DNA of 64,000 bases. Origin: Thermoanaerobaculia bacterium (lineage in GTDB: Bacteria; Acidobacteriota; Thermoanaerobaculia; Multivoradales; JAIOJS01). Shown one piece after another: positions 8,611 through 17,144 of the stretch (within the stretch, counting starts at the first letter, position 1; every line of letters starts with the position of its first letter). A program made the translations under genes and the position numbers. The stretch lies in NCBI GenBank assembly GCA_963846495.1, contig CAWJWP010000035.1:372212-436211 (forward strand), in the 5' to 3' direction. The notes beneath the pieces are model-generated. The model was not told the origin of the DNA. It did no database searches and saw only the letters and a program-made list of their open reading frames with translations.

Positions 8611-9543
8611 ACGCCGCCGTATCGCCTCGGCCTGCCCGACCTCGGCTTCGGGGTCGGGCTGCGCGCCGTCCACTTCGACCACATCCTCGCCCACTGGCCG
8701 GCGGTGGACTGGTTCGAGGTCATCTCGGAGAACTACGTCGACTCGCGCGGCCGGCCGCGCTACGTGCTCGACCGCATCGCCGAGCGCTACCCGGTCGTCA
8801 TGCACGGCGTCTCGCTGTCGATCGGCAGCAGCGATCCGCTCGACTTCGAGTACCTGGGCAAGCTCAAGGCGCTGGCGCGCGCCATCCGGCCGGCGTGGGT
8901 CTCCGACCACCTCTGCTGGACCGGCGTGCTCGGCCGCAACACCCACGATCTGCTGCCGATGCCGCTCGACGCCGCCTCGCTGCGCCACGTGGTCGGGCGC
9001 ATCCGCACCGTGCAGGACTTCCTCGAGCGGCCGCTGGTGCTGGAGAACCCCAGCACCTACGTCACCTTCACCGCCGACACCATGGCGGAGTGGGAGTTCC
9101 TCGCCGCGATGGCCGAGGAGGCCGACTGCGGGCTGCTGCTCGACGTCAACAACGTCTACGTGTCGAGCAAGAACCACGGCTTCGACCCCGAAGCGTTCGT
9201 CGCCGCGGTGCCCGCCGAGCGCATCGTGCAATTCCACCTCGCCGGGCACACCAACTGCGGCACTCATCTCATCGATACCCACGACGGCGAGGTGATCGAC
9301 CGCGTCTGGGAGCTCTACCGGCTCGCCTACGGACGCACGCGCGGCGTCTCGACGCTGCTCGAGTGGGACGCGCGGATTCCGCCGTTCGACGTGCTGCACG
9401 CCGAGGTGCTGAAGGCGAAGGCGTGGGCGCGGGGTGACGAGAGCGCGGCGGGAAGAGCGGCGCGCGAGGGCGTCGACACGGCGACGGCGACAGGCTTCGC
9501 GCTTTCCAACCCGCCTCATCTGGTGGCGCCGGAGCTCGAGTGA
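8563..9543 (+). CDS. DUF692-family multinuclear non-heme iron oxidase (MNIO; MbnB/BufB/HvfB-like)
   Basis: It shows strong UPF0276/DUF692 hallmarks (LGFGVGLRAVHF, WFEVISENY, VMHGVSLSIGS, VSDHLCWTG, LVLENPSTY, LLLDVNNVYVS, VQFHLAGH, LLEWD). The start is uncertain: ATG 8563 lies inside the REP element and I saw no obvious start codon between the REP element and the conserved LGFGVG core. Confidence 0.85.
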   Translation: MTEGSHREERSDEGISTPPYRLGLPDLGFGVGLRAVHFDHILAHWPAVDWFEVISENYVDSRGRPRYVLDRIAERYPVVMHGVSLSIGSSDPLDFEYLGKLKALARAIRPAWVSDHLCWTGVLGRNTHDLLPMPLDAASLRHVVGRIRTVQDFLERPLVLENPSTYVTFTADTMAEWEFLAAMAEEADCGLLLDVNNVYVSSKNHGFDPEAFVAAVPAERIVQFHLAGHTNCGTHLIDTHDGEVIDRVWELYRLAYGRTRGVSTLLEWDARIPPFDVLHAEVLKAKAWARGDESAAGRAAREGVDTATATGFALSNPPHLVAPELE

Positions 9544-10433
9544 GCTCGCCGCCGTCTGCTGACTCCGCACGCGCTCGCGGCGCGAGCGCGTGCCCGCCTG
9601 AGCTGGCGCGGCTGCAACGGTGGCTACAAGCGGCGATCGTCGAGCCTGCGGCGGCGGCCAAGACGTCGACCGTGGTGGAGGCCGTGGAGGACGTCGTGAC
9701 GGCGTCGCCCACGCAATCCGCGGCGGAGCGCCTGGCGATCTACCAGCATTCCTACCTGGCGCGGCTCCTGGAGTGCCTGCGTGCCGTCTTTCCGGCGCTG
9801 CGCCACGCCCTCGGCGAGCCGCTCTTCGACCGCTTCGCCGCCGACTACCTCGTCCGCCACCCGCCGGCGAGCTACACGCTGGCGATGCTCGCGGTGCACT
9901 TTCCGCACTACCTGACGTCGACGCGGCCCGACGCCGAGCTGCCCGCCGAAGAGCGCGCGCCGTGGGCCGACTTCCTCGTCGACCTCGCCACCCTCGAGCT
10001 CGCTTTCCAGGAGGTCTACGACGGCGAGGGGCTCGAGGACCAACCGCCGCCGCCCGTCGACGAGGTCGTCGCCCTGCCACCGGCGGAGCTGCTCGCCGTC
10101 CGCTTCGCAGCCGCGCCATCGCTGCGCCTCTTCGCGTTTGGCTCCCCCGTGCACGAGTACCTCACAGCGGCGAGGCGCGGCGAGCATCCGGCGCTACCGC
10201 AGCCCCGGCCGACGGCGCTCGCCGTCGCGCGGCGCGACTGGCGCGTGCGCTTCCACGCGCTCTTCCCGCAGCAGCACGCGCTGCTCTCGGCGCTCGCCTC
10301 CGGCCAAACGCTCGGCGAAGGCGTCGCCGCCGCGTCGCTGCCGCCGTGGGACGCGATCGATCCGGCCGTCCTCCGCGGCTGGCTGCGCGGCTGGATGGAG
10401 GAGCGCTTCTTCGCGCGCGTCGAGCGCGCCTAG
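9540..10433 (+). CDS. DUF2063-family protein (MNIO partner; BufC/HvfC-like putative DNA-binding-domain protein)
   Basis: The GTG start overlaps the DUF692 stop (GTGA). DUF2063-like segments include LQRWLQAAI, AERLAIYQHSYLARLLECLRAVFPAL and FDRFAADYLVRHPP. Confidence 0.8.
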   Translation: MSSPPSADSARARGASACPPELARLQRWLQAAIVEPAAAAKTSTVVEAVEDVVTASPTQSAAERLAIYQHSYLARLLECLRAVFPALRHALGEPLFDRFAADYLVRHPPASYTLAMLAVHFPHYLTSTRPDAELPAEERAPWADFLVDLATLELAFQEVYDGEGLEDQPPPPVDEVVALPPAELLAVRFAAAPSLRLFAFGSPVHEYLTAARRGEHPALPQPRPTALAVARRDWRVRFHALFPQQHALLSALASGQTLGEGVAAASLPPWDAIDPAVLRGWLRGWMEERFFARVERA

Positions 10434-11607
10434 TGGACGACCGCGGGGTGGATCACCGCGCCGCAGCGGCCGCTGCCGGCGATCGGGATGCGCTCGCCCG
10501 GCCGCAGCTGCCGTGCTCCGGGGTGCACCTTCTCGCGCTGCCAGCGCTGCCACTCGGCGAGGTAGTCGCAGGTGCACTGCCGGCCGTTGGCGACGAGCCC
10601 GTCCTTCTGCGCCGGCGTCAGGTCGAAGTCGAGCGTCGAGATGCCGCAGTCGTCGAGGACCGCCGTGCGCTCGAGGTCGGGCGGGTCGGTCGCCAGCGCG
10701 TCGACCTGCACGGCGAGCACCGATTCGATGAGCGCGTCGGAGTACTGCACGAGATTGTCGACCGGCCGGCCCGACGGCGGCAGGCCGGTGTTCTCGAGCA
10801 CGAAGCCGAGCGTCGCCGGATTGGTGCCCTCCTTCGTGTCGAAGGCGTCGATCGGGTAGTTGCGCAGCACGCCGCCGTCGACGTAGACGTCGCTGCCTTG
10901 GCGGATCGACGCGAAGAAGAGCGGGAACGATCCCGACATGCGCGCCGCCAGCGCCACCTCGAACTCGGGGCTCTTCTCCAGCGACAGCTCGCGCGCCTTG
11001 CGGCGGTTGAGGTCGGTGGTGAAGACGTGGAGCTTGCGCATCCCGAGCCGTTCGAGGTCGGCGAAGGTCGAGCGCGGATGTTGCCGGTCTTGGCGGCGAC
11101 GAGGCAGCGCATGAGGCCGAGGTAGTAGTCGCCCTTGTAATAGCCGTAGCGGCGCAGCAGCCGCAGCAGGCCGCCGAAGCGGCCGTCCTCGAACTTCGAG
11201 AAGTCGAGGTTGTAGAGCAGCGACTTCACCTCCGCCGGCGAGTAGCGCAGCGCCACCAGCGTGGCGGTGATGGCTCCTGCCGAGGTGCCGGCGACGTGGT
11301 CGACCTGGGGCAGGATCTCCTGCTGCTCGAGCACTTCGAGCGCGCCGCCGTAGGCGATGCCTTTGACGCCGCCGCCTTCGAAGACGACGTTGGTGAAGGG
11401 GTACTTGACCGGCGCCGGGCACGTCGGCGCCCGCGTCGGGCAGGTTGGCGCTGGCGTGTTCGTCGCGGTGGCCGGCACGCCCTGGGCGACGAGCTTCGCC
11501 ACCGTCGGGCAGGAGATCGGCATGCTCGAGCAGCCGGCCGTTGCGGCCGCAGCGGCGACGGCGACGAGCAGCAGCGGCAGCCGGTGCCCGCGCAAGCGGA
11601 CGCTCAC
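10430..11607 (-). CDS. Patatin-like phospholipase lipoprotein (frameshifted near 11085)
   Basis: It has a signal peptide with a lipobox (LLLVAVAAAAATAGC). Patatin motifs are GGGVKGIAYGG, GTSAG (GxSxG) and, in the downstream frame, YVDGGVLRNYP (DGG). The N-terminal part sits in the frame of ORF 10618..12510 and the C-terminal part in ORF 10430..11422, a net -1 shift around ..AAKTGNI|STFADLERLG... The GTG start overlaps the upstream stop (GTGA). Its stop shares a CTAG with the convergent DUF2063 stop. Confidence 0.75.
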
Positions 11608-12821
11608 TCCTTCGCCGTCTTCTCGGGCATCTTGAGGCCGAGGTAGGTGCCCGAGCTGATGCCCATCAGGCCGAGCATCGTGGCGCTGAACTCCGGCATC
11701 TGGAGGGTGAAGTAGACGACCTTGCAGAAGATGATGCCGAGCACCAGCGTCCAGATGAAGAGCTGGAAGCGGTGGAGGCTGATGCCACGCTCGTCGGAGA
11801 GCACGTCCTTGAGGAAGCCGCGCGTCGTCATCTTGGCAGGCGGCGCCTTGGCTGCCGCCGGCGGCAACGTCGCGGTGACGGTGGCCTCGCCGGTGGCGCC
11901 CGACACCGTGGCGCTCGCCGCGGGTGCGGTGCCCGCCGCCGGAGCCGTGCCCGCCGCCGCCGCCTCGTCCTTGCTCTGGTCGATGAGCGCCGCGCCCAGC
12001 GCCGTGCCCGAGCCGATGCCGAGCAGCGCCAGCACCGAGCCGGTGATGGTGTCGAGCTCGCCGGTGATCATCCAGATGAAGATGTAGGCCGCGACCACCA
12101 GCAGGCCCCAGAAGGCGAGCTGGAACCGCGCCAGGCTGTAGGGCGCCTGCATGCCCTCGGCGACGCTGTCGCCGCGGTCGCGCAGCAGCGGGGTGCGGCT
12201 GGCGAGCACGACGAGCAGCACCAGGGCCACCGCCAAGCCGATGAAATAGGCGTACACCCAGAACCGGGGCAAAATCACCAGCTCCAGCCCTTCGACCGAC
12301 GACGGCCACGACAGCCGTTCGTGCGGCCCGACGCTGAGCGTCACCGTGTCGCCGAACTCCCACGGTTCGGTGAACAGGGTCCGCCAGGCCGTCGCCGACT
12401 GCTCGTCGCGCACCAGGGTGTAACGCAGGCGCCCTTGGGCGAGCTCGCAGGAATCGGGCTGCATCCCCGCGATCGGTACGTCGTTGATGAACAGCGTCAG
12501 GCTGTCGCACTTGGCGCCGGTGCCCTCGAGGTACGGGGTCAGGTGGTCGACGCGGACCGAGACGACGTACCCGAGGGCGATGCGGTTGGGGTTCTCGTCG
12601 TTGGACGTCGCCGCCACGACGCGTGGGACCACCGCCGGCTGGCCGGGCGTAGCAGCAACGGCCGTAACCACCGTCGGTTGGGTGCTTCCCTGCGCCGCGG
12701 TGCCGGCGTTGAGCGGATCGGGCGGCGACTCCTGCGCCGCCGCGACGCGCGGCAGCAACGCGCCACCGAAGATGGCGAGCCCCGAGGCGAAGAGAAGCGC
12801 TGCGGCGGTCTTCCTGCTCAC
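11604..12821 (-). CDS. Membrane protein of unknown function with an internally duplicated S-L-x-R-F-Q-L...W two-helix unit
   Basis: 405-aa ORF with a signal peptide or anchor and a soluble N-terminal domain. It has TM helices, and aa 227-281 resemble aa 346-398 (YSLARFQLAFWGLL...LLGIGSGTALG versus ISLHRFQLFIWTLV...LMGISSGTYLG), separated by an Ala/Thr/Pro linker. Confidence 0.7.
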   Translation of the reverse strand: MSRKTAAALLFASGLAIFGGALLPRVAAAQESPPDPLNAGTAAQGSTQPTVVTAVAATPGQPAVVPRVVAATSNDENPNRIALGYVVSVRVDHLTPYLEGTGAKCDSLTLFINDVPIAGMQPDSCELAQGRLRYTLVRDEQSATAWRTLFTEPWEFGDTVTLSVGPHERLSWPSSVEGLELVILPRFWVYAYFIGLAVALVLLVVLASRTPLLRDRGDSVAEGMQAPYSLARFQLAFWGLLVVAAYIFIWMITGELDTITGSVLALLGIGSGTALGAALIDQSKDEAAAAGTAPAAGTAPAASATVSGATGEATVTATLPPAAAKAPPAKMTTRGFLKDVLSDERGISLHRFQLFIWTLVLGIIFCKVVYFTLQMPEFSATMLGLMGISSGTYLGLKMPEKTAKE

Positions 12822-12901
12822 TCCGCTGGCCCTCGCGCGGTCGTACGACCGCCGTCGTGTGGTGCCCTGGTCCGAGTGGCGGCGATGCTACACCTAGTGC
12901 A

Positions 12902-14995
12902 CTAAATCAAGTCGTAGACCTTCGCCTCCCACGGGAAGAGCGGCTCTCGGCCGGCCCACTCCGCCGGCACGTCGCGCTCCTGCGTCACCTCGCGCCAGCG
13001 GCGGCCGGCGGGAGCGGCGGGCCAGCCGCGCACGACGTACTCGGTCGCCGGGTCTTCTGGATTCTCGCTGCGCCAGTCGGAGAAGTTCGCCACCACGACG
13101 ACCATCGCGTCGCCGCCGCGCCGGCCGCGCAGCCAGGCGACGACGCGGCGACCGGGCGTCACGTCGGCGTGGATGATCTCGGTGTCGTTGCTCGCCAATG
13201 CCTCCGAGCGCGTGCGCAGCCGCACGAGGCGGCTGACGTAGCGGAAGAGCTCGCGCCGCCACGGGTCGGCGAGGCGCTCGAAGCCCACCGGGTCGACCTG
13301 CTTGCGCTCGTCGCCGCCCTCGCCGCCGAGGTCGAGATCGTGCTGGTCGCCGAACTCCTCGCCGGCGAGGATCATCGGGATGCCCACCGCGGTGAACAGC
13401 ACGGCGAAGGCGAGCTGCATGCGCTCCTGCTTGGCGAAGACCCCGTTGTGCTCGAGGAAGTCGCAGAGCCGCTCGTTGCCGAAGCCGCCGACGTCGTGCG
13501 AGGTGACGTAGTTGACCGCCTGCGCGCCGTCCCTGAAGCCGAGCTCGCGGCAGTCGACCAGCCGGTGCACGCTCTGCACGAAGGTGGGTGCGAAGTCGGC
13601 GACCTCGCCGAGGATCACTCGCCGCACGCCGCGCTTGAAGACCTCGTTCCACAGCCCGTCGAGCCGCTGCTGTTCGAGCAGCACGAGCGGCACCGCCAGC
13701 TCTTCGCCGACGACGAGGAAGCGCTCGTCGGCGGCGCCGGCGTCGAGGCCCTGCTCGGCCGCACGCTCGCGCCAGTGCGCCCGCGCTGCGTCCTTCATCT
13801 CCTCGAGGAAGTCGTAGCTCTTGACGTTGTTGACGCTGTCGACGCGGATGCCGTCGATGCGGTAGTGGAGCATCCAGTGCGCGAGGTGGAGCTGCATCCA
13901 CTGCCGCGCCGGGCAGAGCCGCCGCACCTCGCCGCTGATCGGGTCGTAGCAGCCGTCGAGGAAGAGCTCGTACTTGAAGAGGTCGCCGCCGAAGCCGTCG
14001 CGCCCACCCTGCTCGGGATCGCCGCTGCCGTGGTGGACGTGGAAGTCGAGGAAGGCGGCGTTCTGGTAGGGATCGTTCTTCGAGAACGCCATCACCGCGT
14101 CGTAGAAGAAGCGCACGCCGTGCCGGTGGCAGAGCGCGATCAGCCGCGCCAGGTCGAGCGAGGCGCGCGGCGCGCCGGCACCGCCGGGACGCCCCAGCTC
14201 GAAGTCGGCGCTGAGGTAGTTGCTGGTCGCGTACCCCCACAGGTTGAAGGTGCGCGAGCGGTCGCTGAAGCTGTCCGCCGGAGGTAGCAGCTCGAGGGCG
14301 TTGACGCCGAGCTCTCGCAGGTGCGCGGCGCCGACGCCGAGGGCGGCGCTGCCCGGAAAGTCGGGCGCGTCGATCGTGGCGTCGAGCAGCGCCAACGCAT
14401 CTTCGAACGTGCCGACGCCCACCTCGCGGCCGCCGTCGCTGCCACTCGTCACCCACGACGTCGGCAGCTCGTAGAGGACGAGCCGGTCGTTCGGCGGCAG
14501 AGTGGCGAGCGGCGCGTCGCCCGACCAGTTGACGACCTCGCCGCCGGGATCGCACGCGATCAGCTTGCCGCCGCGGAAGAGGATCACCGCGGCCGGATCA
14601 CGATCCTCCTCGCCGTACGGCGGCGGCAGCCGCGGCGCGACGAGCCGCCAGTCGACCGCGTACGCCAGCGGGTCGGTGCAGAGGATGCGTGCCGCCGCGC
14701 CGCCCTTGTACGGGTTGGTGTCGGTGACTTCGAACCAGTAGTGGTACACCCGCCCGTCGACGAGCTGGCACTCGGCGGCGGGCTTCTCCCACAGCCCCGG
14801 CGCCGTCTCGCGGAGCGCGAATCGCTGCATCGGATCGCCGTCCTCGTCAGCGAAAGTGCCGATCACCAGCACCGGCGCGGCCGCGGCGCCCCCGGGCAGC
14901 CAGAGCGCGAAGCGGTCATCCTTGCGGACGAGCAGATCGGGCCGCGACGCCGACACGGCCGAGTATGGCACCGGCGCGCGCGGATGCCTCTCCAA
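12902..14995 (-). CDS. Alpha-amylase family (GH13) glycoside hydrolase
   Basis: 697-aa ORF with GH13-like conserved regions: FFYDAVMAF, IDGIRVDSVNNV (nucleophile Asp), LVVGEELA (acid/base Glu) and VNYVTSHD. The N-terminal region is beta-rich and CBM48-like. Confidence 0.85.
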   Translation of the reverse strand: MERHPRAPVPYSAVSASRPDLLVRKDDRFALWLPGGAAAAPVLVIGTFADEDGDPMQRFALRETAPGLWEKPAAECQLVDGRVYHYWFEVTDTNPYKGGAAARILCTDPLAYAVDWRLVAPRLPPPYGEEDRDPAAVILFRGGKLIACDPGGEVVNWSGDAPLATLPPNDRLVLYELPTSWVTSGSDGGREVGVGTFEDALALLDATIDAPDFPGSAALGVGAAHLRELGVNALELLPPADSFSDRSRTFNLWGYATSNYLSADFELGRPGGAGAPRASLDLARLIALCHRHGVRFFYDAVMAFSKNDPYQNAAFLDFHVHHGSGDPEQGGRDGFGGDLFKYELFLDGCYDPISGEVRRLCPARQWMQLHLAHWMLHYRIDGIRVDSVNNVKSYDFLEEMKDAARAHWRERAAEQGLDAGAADERFLVVGEELAVPLVLLEQQRLDGLWNEVFKRGVRRVILGEVADFAPTFVQSVHRLVDCRELGFRDGAQAVNYVTSHDVGGFGNERLCDFLEHNGVFAKQERMQLAFAVLFTAVGIPMILAGEEFGDQHDLDLGGEGGDERKQVDPVGFERLADPWRRELFRYVSRLVRLRTRSEALASNDTEIIHADVTPGRRVVAWLRGRRGGDAMVVVVANFSDWRSENPEDPATEYVVRGWPAAPAGRRWREVTQERDVPAEWAGREPLFPWEAKVYDLI

Positions 14996-15012
14996 GGCTC
15001 CGGCGAAGGAAA

Positions 15013-15306
15013 TCGACGCGGACGGCCTCTTTACGGGGCTGGCGTATTCTTCCTCCTGGCGATGGCTTGGCCGTTGAGCCGCAGGCGCGCGGTGCTCCTG
15101 GCTGCCCTTGGCTTTGGCGGGCTGGTGTCGTTCTCTCGTGTTGCTCGGGTGCGCATTTCCTCTCGGACATCGTCGTCTCGTTCTTCGTGATGCTCATCCT
15201 CACCGATGCTCTCCACTGCTACATCCTCCTACCCGGACCTGCGCTGACGCGCGAGCGTGCGCTGCCCGACGGCGCCGTCGAGCAGCCCGCGAACGCGGTC
15301 GGGTGA
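15013..15306 (+). pseudogene. PAP2-family phosphatase remnant (5' truncated, frameshifted)
   Basis: One frame reads ..LLAALGFGGLVSFSRV and continues in another frame as GAHFLSDIVVSFFVMLIL, together forming the PAP2 C3 motif SRV..G.H..SD. No upstream PAP2 motifs or start remain. Confidence 0.45.
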
Positions 15307-15315
15307 GCGAGCCTG

Positions 15316-16995
15316 GTGCGGACCGTGGCAGACGCTCGAAAGACCAGGCTCCAGACATCGCATGCAACGTTCTCGGTGGCCTTCTCGACACTGCTGTTTG
15401 CCGTCTGCAACGCGCTCAACTTGGACAAGCTGACCAAATGGTTTCGCCTCGAGGACAGGTTGGACTACTCGGCCCTTCTGGCCTACCTCCTTGCCGGCCT
15501 CTGCCTCTTCACGGTGGTTTTCCTGCTCCTGGCCCATCGCTGGACCATCAAGCCGCTGGCGATGCTGCTGGTGGTCGCCAGCGCGACTGCCACCTACTTC
15601 ATCTCGAAGTACAACGTTGCCATCGACAGCTCGATGGTCTTGAACACGCTACACACGGATGCCACTGAAGTCGGGCAGTTGCTGTCGCCTTGGATGATCC
15701 CCTATGCCCTGTTCCTGATCGCATTGCCCGTGCTGCTCATCGCCTCGCTCGACATCACCTTCGCAGCGTCGGGAAGGTACCTGCTCTCCTCACTGAAGCT
15801 CATCTCCGTCGCCCTGGTGGTCGCCCTGGCCGCCTTGTACGCGGAGTACCAGGCCATTCACCGCGCCGGCAACGTCTCGAACAAGTACATCGTCTACTCC
15901 CTGGTGCCGATCAACGTCATCTCCGGGACCATGAGCGTTGCGTCCAAGCTGGTGAAGCCCGACCGTGCAGCAGGCGCGAGAGACATGGAGATCGCCGGCC
16001 GCGTTGCAGTGCCCGACGACCTGGTGGTGGTGCTCGCGATCGGGGAGGCTTCGCGTAGGCGAAACTTCAGCGTCTACGGCTACCGCCGACGGAACACCAA
16101 TCCCGTTCTGCAGCGCACCAGGGGCCTTCACCTCCTGAATGGGCTGGCGAGGCGTGGATCGACGCTGTACGCGCTACCGGAGATCCTCGAGAGCGAGGGC
16201 GTGAAGCTCCCCCTGGTCGTCTCCAAGCTCGGCATTCCGACGGCGTGCTATGTGAACTACACGCTCTACGACAACTGCTCGTACCCAGGTGAGACCAAGG
16301 TGAGCACCTGCGGTCATGGCGGAGAGTGCTACGACGAGGACGTCATCCCGTTGCTGGAGCGCAATCTCGCCGACTACCACTCCGGCTACAGCTTCGTGGT
16401 CTTGCATCTGGGTGGCGGCAGCCACGGCCCGACGTATAGCGACCGGCACCCGCCTGAGTTCCAGAGGTTCGAGCCGATGTGCGAGGACGCCGACGTGGCG
16501 AATCGATGCACGCTCGAGCAGCTGTACAACTCGTACGACAACACCATCCTCTACGCGGACTACGTCCTGGGCGAGGTCATCGAGCGACTCGAGCGCTCAG
16601 GAGTACCGTTCGTGTTCCTCTACTTGTCCGATCACGGCGAGTCCTTGATGGAGGAAGGGCGGATGTTCCACGGCATGCCGCCTGGCATGTCACTGCCCGC
16701 CGAGCAGGCGGAGATCCCGCTGATCGTGAAGGCGTCGGTGCCCATCTCGATCGTCGAGCGGGCTGCGTACCGCCAGCGGGACGTGTTCGATACGGTCCTG
16801 GATCTGTTCTCCATCCAGTCGCCGCGGTTCGACCTGAAGGGGAGCTTCGTCAAGCGGCCGCGACCGACTGCGAGTGCATTCCTCGGAGCCGGCGGCACCA
16901 ATCGGGAGATGAATCGGCGAGGGCGGCGGGCGACGCTACCAACCGGTCACGATGCCGCCTCTTCCGCGGCGCCGCCGCGCTCATCGACGCCATGA
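15316..16995 (+). CDS. Phosphoethanolamine transferase (EptA/MCR-family, sulfatase-fold lipid A/LOS modifier)
   Basis: An N-terminal five-TM domain is followed by a sulfatase domain with IGEASRRRNFSVYGYRRRNTNP, VLHLGGGSHGPTY, NSYDNTILYADYV and LYLSDHGES. GC content is visibly lower (about 58%) than the flanks. Confidence 0.85.
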   Translation: MRTVADARKTRLQTSHATFSVAFSTLLFAVCNALNLDKLTKWFRLEDRLDYSALLAYLLAGLCLFTVVFLLLAHRWTIKPLAMLLVVASATATYFISKYNVAIDSSMVLNTLHTDATEVGQLLSPWMIPYALFLIALPVLLIASLDITFAASGRYLLSSLKLISVALVVALAALYAEYQAIHRAGNVSNKYIVYSLVPINVISGTMSVASKLVKPDRAAGARDMEIAGRVAVPDDLVVVLAIGEASRRRNFSVYGYRRRNTNPVLQRTRGLHLLNGLARRGSTLYALPEILESEGVKLPLVVSKLGIPTACYVNYTLYDNCSYPGETKVSTCGHGGECYDEDVIPLLERNLADYHSGYSFVVLHLGGGSHGPTYSDRHPPEFQRFEPMCEDADVANRCTLEQLYNSYDNTILYADYVLGEVIERLERSGVPFVFLYLSDHGESLMEEGRMFHGMPPGMSLPAEQAEIPLIVKASVPISIVERAAYRQRDVFDTVLDLFSIQSPRFDLKGSFVKRPRPTASAFLGAGGTNREMNRRGRRATLPTGHDAASSAAPPRSSTP

Positions 16996-17144
16996 CCCCT
17001 CCCGCAAAGATCGGCATCGGTTAGCGGCGGCCGCGCGGGCCGCAGGCGCATCGTTGCGCGGGCGCGCGCGCGAGCGCCTTTCGTCCCTGTGCTACGCTGC
17101 CGCCCGCCTCAGCAACAGTGCGGTGGAAAGGTGGGCAGCGATCG

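Noticed and set aside
15316-16995. The possibility that the lower-GC islets (15.3-17.0 kb, 21.3-22.2 kb, 59.0-61.2 kb) are mobile elements.
   Set aside because: I found no integrase, transposase, flanking tRNA, or direct or inverted terminal repeats. Only compositional deviation supports acquisition, so I did not annotate them as mobile elements.
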